In this document: positions 38,654-48,567 of the stretch, piece by piece | Position numbering within the stretch: the first letter of the stretch is position 1 | How the letters are laid out: each line of letters opens with the position of its first letter | NCBI GenBank assembly: GCA_002470605.1 | Contig: DKND01000044.1 | Coordinates: 44,410-100,130, forward strand | Direction of reading: 5' to 3' | DNA length: 55,721 nt | Source of the DNA: Opitutia bacterium UBA7397 | Lineage (GTDB): Bacteria > Verrucomicrobiota > Verrucomicrobiia > Opitutales > UBA953 | Notes under the pieces: model-generated | The model's input: the letters and a program-made list of their open reading frames with translations, nothing else | What the model was told of the DNA's origin: nothing | Database searches by the model: none | Program-made: the position numbers and the translations under genes

Positions 38654-39705
38654 GCATTAACGAGACTGATCAGGCGAACATCCTGACAGCCCCGCAGCAG
38701 CCGGATTTTAGCCAGCATGGACCGTTCATGAAAACGTACTTCCGATTTGATGACAGCGTTTTCGCATTGGACTACCAGTTTGCCGCCTTCAAGCACGCGT
38801 ACCGGGGCGCAACGTTTCGCCAGTTTAAGCGGCAAAAGTTCATGCCAATGCGCAATGATGGCGTCTTCCGGTACGGGTCGTCCTAAACGCAGTTTCTTGA
38901 AAGCTTCGGCCACCGCATCGTCCATCGTCTTAAGCGGTCGGTCCGTCGATCGCCCACGGTCTTCAGGCAAGCCGCTCAAATTAGCCAAGAGATTGAGTAC
39001 GGTACGGGAAAACTTACCCTTCTGCTTACCCTCGGTGACCAAGGCGCGAATTAAATAAGGCAACTCGATGAGCTTCTCCGCCCGTAAGCAACGTTCAGGC
39101 GCATAGGCGCCGCCGACGATGACTCCGGTTGCTCCCGCATCTCTGGCCGCTTCACCGTCGAGCAAAGGATCGTTACCGATATGGACCAGCGCGGAGGTTG
39201 CGACGCCAAGTTGCCGCGCAGCATGTGAAAAGAATTTCGCATCCGGTTTGGCGAGGGCTATTTCTGAAGAAAGGAATATTCCGTCGAGATGCTTGGCTAA
39301 GCCCTTCGCCTCCAGGACTTGGCGCATCCTGGTGTCAGCATTAGAGAGGACGCCTACTTTGATGCCTAAGAATTTTATTGCCGTAATCGCATTGACCGCA
39401 CCGGGCTGAAGCCGCCAATTCTTTTCATCTGCAAAAGCATGCCAGCATTCCTGGAAGACGGTTTCAAGTTTTGCGGCTGGCAGGGAAGGGCCGAAACATC
39501 GCTGCACGACCTCTCGCCAAAAAACTTCGGGCTTCGACCGTTGGGGCCCGCCCTTGAATGCCAGCGGAAAGGCCGCATCAAGAAACGCCGGGAGAACATC
39601 GACACCGTGCCGCTGGGCGCAACGCGCATAGATCGTGCCGACGGAGGGGTGGGGCACGACCAAAGTTCCGGCTAAATCAAAAGTTACTGCCTGGACGATT
39701 GCCAT
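38650..39705 (-). CDS. HAD-superfamily (subfamily IA) hydrolase fused to a DUF721/DciA-like C-terminal domain
   Basis: 351 aa. HAD motif I FDLAGTL (aa 9-15), motif II LSNAD (aa 120-124), Lys in LAKPD (aa 151-155), motif IV GNDPLLD (aa 177-183). The C-terminal roughly 95 aa (IIAHWHELLPLKLAKRCAPVRVLEGGKLVVQCENAVIKSEVRFHERSMLAKI) resemble DUF721. Confidence 0.75.
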   Translation of the reverse strand: MAIVQAVTFDLAGTLVVPHPSVGTIYARCAQRHGVDVLPAFLDAAFPLAFKGGPQRSKPEVFWREVVQRCFGPSLPAAKLETVFQECWHAFADEKNWRLQPGAVNAITAIKFLGIKVGVLSNADTRMRQVLEAKGLAKHLDGIFLSSEIALAKPDAKFFSHAARQLGVATSALVHIGNDPLLDGEAARDAGATGVIVGGAYAPERCLRAEKLIELPYLIRALVTEGKQKGKFSRTVLNLLANLSGLPEDRGRSTDRPLKTMDDAVAEAFKKLRLGRPVPEDAIIAHWHELLPLKLAKRCAPVRVLEGGKLVVQCENAVIKSEVRFHERSMLAKIRLLRGCQDVRLISLVNA

Positions 39706-39870
39706 AAGGTCATGAAGCCGAAGGGAATACCCGACAGGCGGGCGGTAAAGTTTGCAACTTAACGAACAAATTCATCGAAATATTAAGGAAAAGCCCGATG
39801 TTATCGGGGTCAATCTCTCCCTTATGATGTCCCGACTTGTCTAATCGCAAGAACGAGTAATAAACAAGTT

Positions 39871-40347
39871 ATGAACCTTCCCCGTCTCGGCCAGATGGCC
39901 CTCGTTGCGCTCTTTGCCTTAATTTCTGTCGCTTGTAATACGAGCCCGACGACTTCGAACGAGCTCAAATCGGTAACCAAGGTCTATGTGGCAGACACGG
40001 CGCCTTCTAATTCAAGCGAAACCAACGCACTCAACAACGCCGTCCACGACACGGCCGTCCGAGAATTACAGCGCTTGGGCTATGCCATCGCCACCAACAG
40101 CAACGAGGCCAACGCCACCCTCCGAAGCTCTTGGCGCGTTCGCAAGGGAGAAGGCGTGCGCAATGATTCCTCTTCCCTCTCACTTTCCTTGTCGCTCTTC
40201 AGTAAGTCCGGCCAGCGCCTCTTTGATGCGGATTCTGGTCCCGCTGTCTTGGCCAACTTCTGGAACGAATCCCGCGCCAACTCGGAAGTCATTGCGATCC
40301 TAGCACGCCTCCCTCACGCAGAGATGGGTGCGGCTTCTCATAAATAA
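39871..40347 (+). CDS. Hypothetical lipoprotein
   Basis: 158 aa. Signal peptide with a lipobox-like LISVAC (Cys 22), followed by a Ser/Thr/Asn-rich region. Confidence 0.6.
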   Translation: MNLPRLGQMALVALFALISVACNTSPTTSNELKSVTKVYVADTAPSNSSETNALNNAVHDTAVRELQRLGYAIATNSNEANATLRSSWRVRKGEGVRNDSSSLSLSLSLFSKSGQRLFDADSGPAVLANFWNESRANSEVIAILARLPHAEMGAASHK

Positions 40348-40349
40348 GC

Positions 40350-41267
40350 TTAGGGCTTTCGGAAGCTCAGTTTAGCCAGGATTTCTGCCTTCAAAGCCTG
40401 CAGTTCTGGCATGCTTATACCTGCTAATTCCCCGCGACGGAGAGGCTCTCCCCAGATTCCTTCCACCTCGACCTCACGTCCTTCCAGATAGTCAATCAGA
40501 CTTGAAGGGCGATAGGCGCCCATCGTCTCGGTAACCTTGAACTGCGAAGGTATATGACTCGCTTTAAACGGGTGACCACGAGCTGCGGCGGCTGCACTTA
40601 CCTCTGACATGAGCTTAAGAGCACGCTCCGCCAACATGGGAGCCGCCAGGATCTTGTCCGTGGTCACTCCCCCGGCCGCGATGGAAAGGCCGTTAAAAGG
40701 AATATTCCAACAGAGTTTGCGCCATAAGATACCTTCCAAGGAGTCATCAGACTCACACTCAACGCCCGCGTCCTTAAAGATGCTCACGCAAGTCTCCACG
40801 ACCGCATTGCATGGCCCCTGAGCCGCCGCCATCCGAACGTAGCCCGCGAGTTGAGTATCAATGACACCAGGGGCAATGCGATTGATGCAAACAAAGCAAA
40901 GCCCGCCAACAATCAGTGAAGCGGGATGGATTTGAGAGAGAAACTCCACATTCCCCATGCCGTTCTGCAGGGTGAGTAAAACCGTCTTGGGCCCTAACAC
41001 CGGACGTAACAGGGCAGGGAGCGACCCGTTGGCGGTAGATTTGGTGGCAACTACGACCAGGTCACAAAGGCCGATCGGCTGGGTAGTCATAACCGCCGAC
41101 GCCACCTGCACCAGTTTGGACGTATCACCCGCCTTAAGAGTCAAACCGTTTGTCGTGATGAAAGCCGCATCACGGCGAGTGACCAGATGCACTTCATGGC
41201 CGCGTTGAGCTAATAAACCGCCATACCAACCGCCGATGGCACCGGCACCAACGATGGCTATTTTCAT
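40350..41267 (-). CDS. panE: 2-dehydropantoate 2-reductase (ketopantoate reductase)
   Basis: N-terminal Rossmann MKIAIVGAGAIGGWYGGLLA with ApbA/PanE length and C-terminal domain pattern. Overlaps the nadB stop by 4 nt. Confidence 0.85.
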   Translation of the reverse strand: MKIAIVGAGAIGGWYGGLLAQRGHEVHLVTRRDAAFITTNGLTLKAGDTSKLVQVASAVMTTQPIGLCDLVVVATKSTANGSLPALLRPVLGPKTVLLTLQNGMGNVEFLSQIHPASLIVGGLCFVCINRIAPGVIDTQLAGYVRMAAAQGPCNAVVETCVSIFKDAGVECESDDSLEGILWRKLCWNIPFNGLSIAAGGVTTDKILAAPMLAERALKLMSEVSAAAAARGHPFKASHIPSQFKVTETMGAYRPSSLIDYLEGREVEVEGIWGEPLRRGELAGISMPELQALKAEILAKLSFRKP

Positions 41268-42880
41268 GGCTTAAAAGTCTGACGTTGTATGCTTGAATGC
41301 TGAGCCGAAGGCAATTTATCCGGGTAGTCCAAAGTGTAATGGAGTCCCCGGCTTTCATGCCGCTGTAGGGCACATTCGATGATGAGCTGAGCTACCTGAA
41401 TAAGGTTACGTAATTCCAGCAAACGTGGTTCAACCCGGAAATTCCAGTAATATTCTCGGACCTCATCGGCCAACATACTGATCCGCGTCCGGGCACGCTG
41501 CAGACGTTTCGTCGAACGGACGATGCCGACGTAATCCCACATCGTTCGGCGAAGCTCATCCCAGTTATGAATCAAGACGACACGCTCATCGGGATCTCCT
41601 GCCGAGCCATCGATCCATTCAGGTAGAACGGGAGGTGCTGACTGCGGCCGACGGGCAATCTCTTCGCACACCGCATTGGCTCCGTCGTGAGCCAAAACCA
41701 CAGCTTCTAACAAGGAATTGGAGGCTAAGCGATTAGCGCCATGCAGGCCGGTGCTGGCTACTTCGCCGACGGCATAAAGCCCTGGAAGCGATGTTCGTCC
41801 TGATAGGTCAGTCGCAACGCCCCCACAGAGATAGTGAGCCGCCGGGACGACTGGAATCGGCTCCTTAGTCAGGTCAAAGCCGGCTTTTCGACAGGTTTCA
41901 TAAATATGCGGGAAACGTTCCGCAAGATGACCCAAAGCGACCTGCGTGGCATCCAGTAAGACGTGGGGGGAACCATCGCGCTTCATGACCGAATCAATCG
42001 CCCGGGCCACAATATCACGAGGAGCCAAGTCACCTAGGGGATGGAAATCCTTCATGAAAGCCCGACCATTGATGTCCTTTAAAATCGCCCCTTCGCCTCT
42101 GACAGCTTCCGAGATCAAAGCCCGGCTTCCATCCGGCGCCTTCAACGCGGTCGGGTGGAATTGCACCATTTCCATATCATGAATCTTCGCTCCAGCCCGA
42201 TAAGCCATTGCGACGCCATCACCAGTGGCGATATCCGGGTTAGTCGTGAACTGATAGACTTGTCCGATGCCACCTGTCGCCAAAATAACCGTATGTGCAG
42301 CCAGAGTTTCTACCTTAGACGCGCGGGTGTTCAAGACATGCAGACCCAATACGCGATCTTCATCACTACCTGGGGCGATGGTGGCGTCGTTCTTGGCGCG
42401 GGTGATTAGATCGACTACAAGATGATGTTCCATCATGACCACCTTGGGCGCACGGGCGATTGCGCGCAGCAACGCCGACTCTATCGCCCGTCCGGTCATG
42501 TCGCGGGCGTGCAAAATTCTTCGCTTCGAATGACCGCCTTCGCGGCCTAAATCCGGTTGTCCATCTGTACCGTTTTCGAAATGGACGCCCCAACTGATCA
42601 GTTCAGCAACCCGCGCCGGACCCGCTTCGATGATATGCCTCACGACATCGACGTCGCAGAGCCCATCACCCGCCGTCAAAGTATCCTGCACATGGCTTGC
42701 GAAATCATCTGTCTTATCAGTCACGCAAGCGATCCCACCTTGAGCCCAATTCGTATTGGACTCCGAGCTGGTCTTCTTTGTGACAATAGCGACGGAAAGG
42801 CCTCGGTTGGCTAAGTTGAGCGCGAAGCTCAAGCCCCCGATACCGCTGCCAACCACGATTGCGTCGTAATAAGTCGCCAT
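41264..42880 (-). CDS. nadB: L-aspartate oxidase
   Basis: FAD motif VVGSGIGGLS; fumarate reductase/succinate dehydrogenase flavoprotein-like core; RHESRGLHYTLDYP near the C-terminus. Confidence 0.93.
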   Translation of the reverse strand: MATYYDAIVVGSGIGGLSFALNLANRGLSVAIVTKKTSSESNTNWAQGGIACVTDKTDDFASHVQDTLTAGDGLCDVDVVRHIIEAGPARVAELISWGVHFENGTDGQPDLGREGGHSKRRILHARDMTGRAIESALLRAIARAPKVVMMEHHLVVDLITRAKNDATIAPGSDEDRVLGLHVLNTRASKVETLAAHTVILATGGIGQVYQFTTNPDIATGDGVAMAYRAGAKIHDMEMVQFHPTALKAPDGSRALISEAVRGEGAILKDINGRAFMKDFHPLGDLAPRDIVARAIDSVMKRDGSPHVLLDATQVALGHLAERFPHIYETCRKAGFDLTKEPIPVVPAAHYLCGGVATDLSGRTSLPGLYAVGEVASTGLHGANRLASNSLLEAVVLAHDGANAVCEEIARRPQSAPPVLPEWIDGSAGDPDERVVLIHNWDELRRTMWDYVGIVRSTKRLQRARTRISMLADEVREYYWNFRVEPRLLELRNLIQVAQLIIECALQRHESRGLHYTLDYPDKLPSAQHSSIQRQTFKP

Positions 42881-42960
42881 TCAGGCTAAAACCTAGGGCA
42901 GGAGAGGCCAGCAACAAGCGGATTTGACGAAATAGTCTTCTCCGTCATAACAAATAGGCA

Positions 42961-44286
42961 GTGGAAATCATCCTTATAGGCGCCTGCCTCCTCATCACGG
43001 CCTTCTTTGTTTTGGCAGAAATGGCCTTAGTCTCAGCTAATCGCCGTCGTTTAGCCAAAATGGCCGAAGGAGGAAATAAAGGGGCCAAGGTTGCGCTGGC
43101 CCTCCTAGCCGACCCTTCGAAGTTCCTCTCCACCGTCCAGGTCGGTATGACTTTCGGCGGTATCGTAGCGGCCATCTATGGCGGAACGCCCCTGACCAAT
43201 CGTCTCACGCCCGTCCTCGCGCAACTTCCGTGGGCATGGGGAGCGGAACATGCGCACGCCGTAGCAGGCGGAATCATCTCTTTCTCCATCGGAGCCCTTA
43301 CCGTAATCTTTGCAGAGATCGTTCCCAAGCGACTTGCGCTGATCAAACCCGAAAGTCTGGCCGCGAACTTCTCGCGCCCCATGGCCTTCGTCGCCGCCAT
43401 TTCTTCCCCGCTCGTCAACGCCATGAGCGCCTGTGCGGATGTGGTCATGTTCTTGTTCGGTAAAAAACGCGCCCCGGAAGACACCATGTCAGAAGACGAA
43501 CTACGCATGATGGTGGACCAGGGCATGGCCTCCGGAGTCTTACACGCATCCGAACATCGGATGGTTCATGGCGCTTTATCCTTGGACCTGATTACCGCCG
43601 AACAACTCATGACGCCAAGTAATCGCGTCGTCTGGCTTAATCTCGATGATTCCGAAGAAGTAAATTGGCGCAAAGTAGTGGCCTCAGGGCATACTTGGTT
43701 TCCGGTTTTCAAAGGATCAACCGACCGGCATCTTGGGGTTGTCTCAGTGAAAAGACTCTGGGCCAACTTATCCCTGACCGGCAGTGCCTCGATCAAAGAC
43801 CTCCTCACCGAATCTCCGACCGTGCCGCAACATAGCACCGGAACGCAGCTCTTAGAGCGGTTCCGGAAAGATAAGATACATCTGGCGCTGGTCACCGACG
43901 AGTTCGGGCGCGTGCGCGGCGTCGTATCTCTCAATGATGTCTTGGAATCCGTGGTCGGAGAATTACCCAACGAAGGCTCACCCGTAACCCAACCCAAGCC
44001 TGTAAGGCGGCGAGACGATGGCAGCTGGGTAGTCGATGCCGTTGTTTCGCTTGATGACTTTCGTGAAGCCACAGGAATCATCGGCCGCTTCCCTAGTGAA
44101 GGTACGGGACGCTTCACCGCTATCTCCGGGTTCATCATGCGTTCGCTTGGGCGCATCCCGAATGAAGGCGACAGAGTCGAAGCTCTCGGACACATCTTCG
44201 AAGTCATCGACATGGACGGCCACCGGCTGGATAAGGTCTTAGTCATGCCTAAGGCTTTACCAGCACCAGAAAAAAACGCTTCTTAA
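42961..44286 (+). CDS. CNNM/TlyC-family hemolysin-like protein (DUF21-CBS-CorC)
   Basis: GTG start. Four N-terminal TM segments (DUF21/CNNM), a CBS pair ([11 protein letters not shown]..., [22 protein letters not shown]) and a C-terminal CorC/HlyC domain. Confidence 0.88.
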   Translation: MEIILIGACLLITAFFVLAEMALVSANRRRLAKMAEGGNKGAKVALALLADPSKFLSTVQVGMTFGGIVAAIYGGTPLTNRLTPVLAQLPWAWGAEHAHAVAGGIISFSIGALTVIFAEIVPKRLALIKPESLAANFSRPMAFVAAISSPLVNAMSACADVVMFLFGKKRAPEDTMSEDELRMMVDQGMASGVLHASEHRMVHGALSLDLITAEQLMTPSNRVVWLNLDDSEEVNWRKVVASGHTWFPVFKGSTDRHLGVVSVKRLWANLSLTGSASIKDLLTESPTVPQHSTGTQLLERFRKDKIHLALVTDEFGRVRGVVSLNDVLESVVGELPNEGSPVTQPKPVRRRDDGSWVVDAVVSLDDFREATGIIGRFPSEGTGRFTAISGFIMRSLGRIPNEGDRVEALGHIFEVIDMDGHRLDKVLVMPKALPAPEKNAS

Positions 44287-45041
44287 AGACGGACAGGTAA
44301 GCCGACGGACTTTAGATGCTCTTTCGCTTGCCGGACCGTAAAGGTTCCAAAGTGGAAAATACTCGCGGCCAAAACCGCGCTGGCGCCGCCATCTTTTAAA
44401 ACTTCCGCCAAATGGTCGAGCGTTCCAGCTCCACCAGAAGCTATCACGGGAACTTCGACCGCGGAGGATACCGCGAGATTAAGCGGTACGTCATAACCAG
44501 CTGCGGTTCCATCGCGATCCATGCTCGTCAGTAAGATTTCTCCGGCGCCTAAGGCATGCACTTTCTTGGCCCAGGCGACCGCATCGATACCGGTGGGCTT
44601 CCTTCCGCCATGGGTGAAGACTTCCCATTTTCCTGGGGCTACGCATTTGGCATCGATTGCTACAACAATGCATTGACTGCCGAATTTACGGGCGGCTTCC
44701 AAAATCAAATCCGGGTTCTGGATGGCTGCAGTATTGAGGGAAACTTTATCCGCTCCGGCGTTCAGCATGATACGGATATCGGCCACGGACCGCAGGCCAC
44801 CGCCGACGGTCAGCGGCATGAACACCTGATCGGCGGTCCTTTCGACGACATCTACGATTGTCTTACGCTCATCACTCGAGGCCGTGATATCCAAGAAAAC
44901 CAGTTCGTCGGCTCCTTGCTTTTCATAGGCCGCCGCGACCGCCACCGGGTCGCCAGCATCGCGTAATTCCTCAAATTTTATACCTTTGACGACACGACCG
45001 GCATGGACGTCGAGACAAGGAATGATGCGGACAGAAAGCAT
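44283..45041 (-). CDS. hisF: Imidazole glycerol phosphate synthase, cyclase subunit
   Basis: [19 protein letters not shown] and [11 protein letters not shown] motifs; 252 aa. Confidence 0.95.
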   Translation of the reverse strand: MLSVRIIPCLDVHAGRVVKGIKFEELRDAGDPVAVAAAYEKQGADELVFLDITASSDERKTIVDVVERTADQVFMPLTVGGGLRSVADIRIMLNAGADKVSLNTAAIQNPDLILEAARKFGSQCIVVAIDAKCVAPGKWEVFTHGGRKPTGIDAVAWAKKVHALGAGEILLTSMDRDGTAAGYDVPLNLAVSSAVEVPVIASGGAGTLDHLAEVLKDGGASAVLAASIFHFGTFTVRQAKEHLKSVGLPVRL

Positions 45042-45089
45042 GAGGCGAACAAATCGTTAGATTATCGGAGCTGGGAAGCAAAGATTAAA

Positions 45090-45527
45090 CTAGGTCAGGA
45101 CGACCGTCACTGGGCCGTCATTGATCAGGGCGACTTTCATGTCTGCCCCAAAAACACCGGTAGGAATTTTTTGCCCGATAAGCACGGCTAATTCCCGAAC
45201 AAATTGGTCGAAAAGCGGCTCGGCCAGCTCAGGTCGGGCGGCGTCATGGAATGACGGTCGATTTCCTTTCGCAAAACTTGCCAAGAGGGTAAATTGACTG
45301 ACCGCCAAGACTTCTCCCTGCGCATCCTGGAGCGTCCGACCCATCTTGCCTTGCTCGTCTTCCATCAGCCTTACCTTTGAAACATCAGTGGCCAGTCTCT
45401 TGACCTCCGCAGGCGTATCCGTGCCCGCCAGGCCAACCAGCAGCAAGTAACCGTGTCCGATTCGGGCCACGCAGACGCCATCCACCTCTACCGAAGCCGA
45501 AAGCACCCTCTGTAAAACGATTACCAC
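45090..45527 (-). CDS. dtd: D-aminoacyl-tRNA deacylase
   Basis: 145 aa with MVIVLQRV, SQFTLLA and NDGPVT motifs. Its start abuts the menF stop with no gap. Confidence 0.92.
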   Translation of the reverse strand: MVIVLQRVLSASVEVDGVCVARIGHGYLLLVGLAGTDTPAEVKRLATDVSKVRLMEDEQGKMGRTLQDAQGEVLAVSQFTLLASFAKGNRPSFHDAARPELAEPLFDQFVRELAVLIGQKIPTGVFGADMKVALINDGPVTVVLT

Positions 45528-46871
45528 CTAGATCAACGCCTCCAAAATTGTCCGCAATTTCATTTCTGTCTCCGTAGATTCAGCTTCTGGATCCGAACCG
45601 GCGACGATACCTGCGCCCGCAAAGGCCCGGGCTTCGGCACCGCGAAGACGCGCACAACGCAAGGCCACAAAAAGCTTACCCGTGACCCCATCAAGACTGA
45701 CCCAACCAACGGCACCCGTATATAAACCACGATCGTGAGGCTCAAATCTGGGTATATGAGGCAAGGCAAGTTCGCGCGGCTTACCCCCGACCGCCGGGGT
45801 CGGATGCAATTCGCCCGCTACTTCAAGAAAACGCCGGTCTGCCGGCATCCGACCGACGATTGGAGAACGTAAATGCATGACATTTCCCAGACGTAAAAGC
45901 TCTTGATTACGCGTCGTCGCAGCGATGACTCCGACCATGCGAAGGCGTCTTAGGATCGAAGCGGTGACAGCGGTATGCTCGCGGATATCTTTGTCACTGG
46001 TTAGTAAGGCTTCGGCCAAACTGGCATCCTCCGAAGCTGATTCACCGCGACGTGTGGTCCCAGCCACCGATTCCGTTCGGACTTCGCCGTCAAAAACCGA
46101 AAGGAGGGTTTCTGGCGTCGAACCTATGAGAGCACCGTCCGGTTCATCGACTAAGAAAGTGTGACAGGCTGGATTGGCGCGTCGCAAGCGATGCAAGGTA
46201 GCGTAACTGCTGAACGCTTCTTTGCGTCGCCAAATAAAGGCGCGGGAAAGAACGATTTTTTCGAAAGTTCCTTCTTTGATAAGTTCAGTGGCACGTTGGA
46301 CCGCTGCGGGAAACCATGTTCCACCGACCTCATTCAACACTGTTGGAATCGGTGCACGCGAGGCAGGAGGATCAGACCGGTAGGTAAACTTACGGAACTG
46401 TTCAGCCCGTTCAATCAAGCGCTTCGCGCAACCCGAGGAAGCGGGCTCGGCCAAGGTCACCAAAGTCAGTTCATTTTCCGTGATGACCTGCCAAGCCGGC
46501 AAGAAGAGCTTGGCATCCATACCGGTATCGGCGTCACCGGGGTAAAAAGGGAAAGTTGCGATGATGCGAGGTGAGCCACCGACGGAAGATATCTTGGACT
46601 TGATTTTAGCCAGCCATTGGTCTGCGGCTTGAAAACGGCGGGGTCCACGTCCGTTCCACTCAATAACCGGCTTACCGGCGGCATGCGCACGTTTCCGGGA
46701 AGGATTTTCAAAATAGCCACGCGGTGCCGGCTCATCAATCGTCTCCAAGACCGCCAAGGGGTCCAACGGAGCGGTGGCAAACGTATAGGAAATCCAGCCT
46801 TCTCCATCGCGAATGGTTTCAGCCTCGGTCAGCAGCTTCAACTCTTCGTCGGCATCATTCACGGTGTTCAA
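45528..46871 (-). CDS. menF: Isochorismate synthase (chorismate-binding enzyme, MenF-type)
   Basis: 447 aa. Chorismate-binding C-terminal core (LHPTPAVGG, GLYTGAVGW, GAGIVAGSDPEAE) with no amidotransferase partner. The assignment within the chorismate-utilising family is inferred from size and architecture. Confidence 0.75.
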   Translation of the reverse strand: MNTVNDADEELKLLTEAETIRDGEGWISYTFATAPLDPLAVLETIDEPAPRGYFENPSRKRAHAAGKPVIEWNGRGPRRFQAADQWLAKIKSKISSVGGSPRIIATFPFYPGDADTGMDAKLFLPAWQVITENELTLVTLAEPASSGCAKRLIERAEQFRKFTYRSDPPASRAPIPTVLNEVGGTWFPAAVQRATELIKEGTFEKIVLSRAFIWRRKEAFSSYATLHRLRRANPACHTFLVDEPDGALIGSTPETLLSVFDGEVRTESVAGTTRRGESASEDASLAEALLTSDKDIREHTAVTASILRRLRMVGVIAATTRNQELLRLGNVMHLRSPIVGRMPADRRFLEVAGELHPTPAVGGKPRELALPHIPRFEPHDRGLYTGAVGWVSLDGVTGKLFVALRCARLRGAEARAFAGAGIVAGSDPEAESTETEMKLRTILEALI

Positions 46872-46897
46872 TGATTAAAGACCGCTTCAAGTCAGGA

Positions 46898-48439
46898 TTA
46901 AGCCGACGCCGGCGAGGCAGGCAGGTCGACCGGCGGGAAAAGAATGCATGCCTCCGCTACCTTGGATTGCGTGCATACCTGCGACCACTGCAACTGTCCT
47001 GCGAAGGTCGCAGGGACAGGTCGCCCGATGTTAGCAAGTAACTTAGCGGAAGCGGCCGGTATGACGGGCAATAAAACCGTCGCCACCAGACGGAGACCTT
47101 CTGCGACATGAGCCAAGCAGGAATCTAATCGGGCGCGATCGGCGGTTTCCGCGGATTTGGCCAATTTCCAGGGAGCTCGCGCCTCGATATAGGCATTCAT
47201 GGCGCTGATGAAAACCCAGAGGGTCTCCAGCGCGTGACTGACCTGATAGTCATCGATTGACGCCAAAAGTTTGGCCTCTGTGTCCGTCCACAAAGCCCGC
47301 AACCCTTGTTCCAATGGCTCGTCTGCGGCCGGCGCAGGAATGAGGCCCGCATAATTACGACCCACCATATTCAACAACCGATTGACGAGATTACCCAGAT
47401 TATTGCCGAGGTCGGCTTTATAGCGATTAACGAAACTTTCGTTCGAAAAATCCGCATCCTGTCCGACCACCATTTCACGGCAAAGGTAATAACGGAAGGC
47501 ATCGGCGCCGTGAGTCGTGATGTAATGTAAGGTACTGCCGGCATTTCCCGCACTCTTGGAGGCTTTCTGATTATTAATCGTCCACCAACCGTGCACGAGC
47601 AACTGCTTCGGCGGCTCCAAACCTAAGGCCTTGAGCATGCACGGCCAATACACCGCATGCGGCGGGGAAAGAATGTCTTTGCCGATCACGTGGACGTCCG
47701 CGGGCCAAAGATCACGATCAACGACGGCGGAATAGTAATTGGTCAAGGCGTCGAACCAGACATAAGTGACGTAATTCTTATCGAACGGTAATTCGATACC
47801 CCACGTCAGACGCGTCTTCGGACGTGAGATGCAGAGATCGTTCATGGGTTCTTTCAAGAACTCAAGGACCTGCTTTTGCCGGAAGCGTGGGTTAATGAAG
47901 TCAGGATGAGCCGTGAGATGCTCTACCAGCCAAGACTGGAATTGCGAAAGTTTGAAATAATAATTCTCTTCTGTCGTCTGCGTGACCTCGCCGTAAATAT
48001 CCGGCCAGGAACCATCCGGATTTCGATCTTTATCGGTCAGGAATTGCTCCTGACGGGTGGAATACCAGTCGGTCTTCTTGCCCAGATAGATTAGCCCTTG
48101 GTCGTAAAGCCGCTGCAAGAAATCTTGCACGACTACCTTATGACGGGGCTCAGTGGTCCGGATATAATCATCGTTCGAAATTGCGAGATCGACGAGCATC
48201 TGGCGGAATCCGACAGCGATCTCATCGACGAACACCTGAGGCTCAATGTTCCTCTTCTGGGCCGTCTGTTGGACTTTCTGGCCATGTTCATCCAATCCAG
48301 TCAGAAAATGGACCCGAGATCCTTGCATCCGTCGATAACGTGCGATGACATCCGCCAGCACCTTTTCGTAAGCATGACCGAGATGAGGAGCGCCATTGGC
48401 ATAATCAATGGCCGTAGTGATGTAAAACGAGCTAGGCAT
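46898..48439 (-). CDS. metG: Methionyl-tRNA synthetase (short form)
   Basis: ITTAIDYANGAPHLGHAYE (HIGH-type motif) and a KMSKS-like NQKASKSAGN. At 513 aa it lacks the C-terminal tRNA-binding appendix. Confidence 0.95.
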   Translation of the reverse strand: MPSSFYITTAIDYANGAPHLGHAYEKVLADVIARYRRMQGSRVHFLTGLDEHGQKVQQTAQKRNIEPQVFVDEIAVGFRQMLVDLAISNDDYIRTTEPRHKVVVQDFLQRLYDQGLIYLGKKTDWYSTRQEQFLTDKDRNPDGSWPDIYGEVTQTTEENYYFKLSQFQSWLVEHLTAHPDFINPRFRQKQVLEFLKEPMNDLCISRPKTRLTWGIELPFDKNYVTYVWFDALTNYYSAVVDRDLWPADVHVIGKDILSPPHAVYWPCMLKALGLEPPKQLLVHGWWTINNQKASKSAGNAGSTLHYITTHGADAFRYYLCREMVVGQDADFSNESFVNRYKADLGNNLGNLVNRLLNMVGRNYAGLIPAPAADEPLEQGLRALWTDTEAKLLASIDDYQVSHALETLWVFISAMNAYIEARAPWKLAKSAETADRARLDSCLAHVAEGLRLVATVLLPVIPAASAKLLANIGRPVPATFAGQLQWSQVCTQSKVAEACILFPPVDLPASPASA

Positions 48440-48567
48440 GAAAACTTAATTAAAGGGATAGGATGGAGCTTGGGGGTAGGACAACCCCGAAGGCGCAACA
48501 TTCACCTAAAGTGACTGGGAAGGCAACGAGACCCCCCTTTATTTCGCGCAGTTAGCGCAAGGACCGG

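Noticed and set aside
40170-40205. SLSLSLSL run in the lipoprotein ORF as a possible tandem DNA repeat or phase-variation tract.
   Set aside because: The underlying DNA (tccctctcactttccttgtcgctcttc) uses mixed codons and is not a perfect nucleotide repeat, so slippage is unlikely.
48440-48567. 128-nt leader upstream of metG as a possible T-box or riboswitch; the same was considered for the valS leader.
   Set aside because: I could find no T-box core (AGGGUGGNACCGCG-like) or recognisable riboswitch motif. There are only weak 4-5 bp hairpins, and T-boxes are not expected in this lineage.
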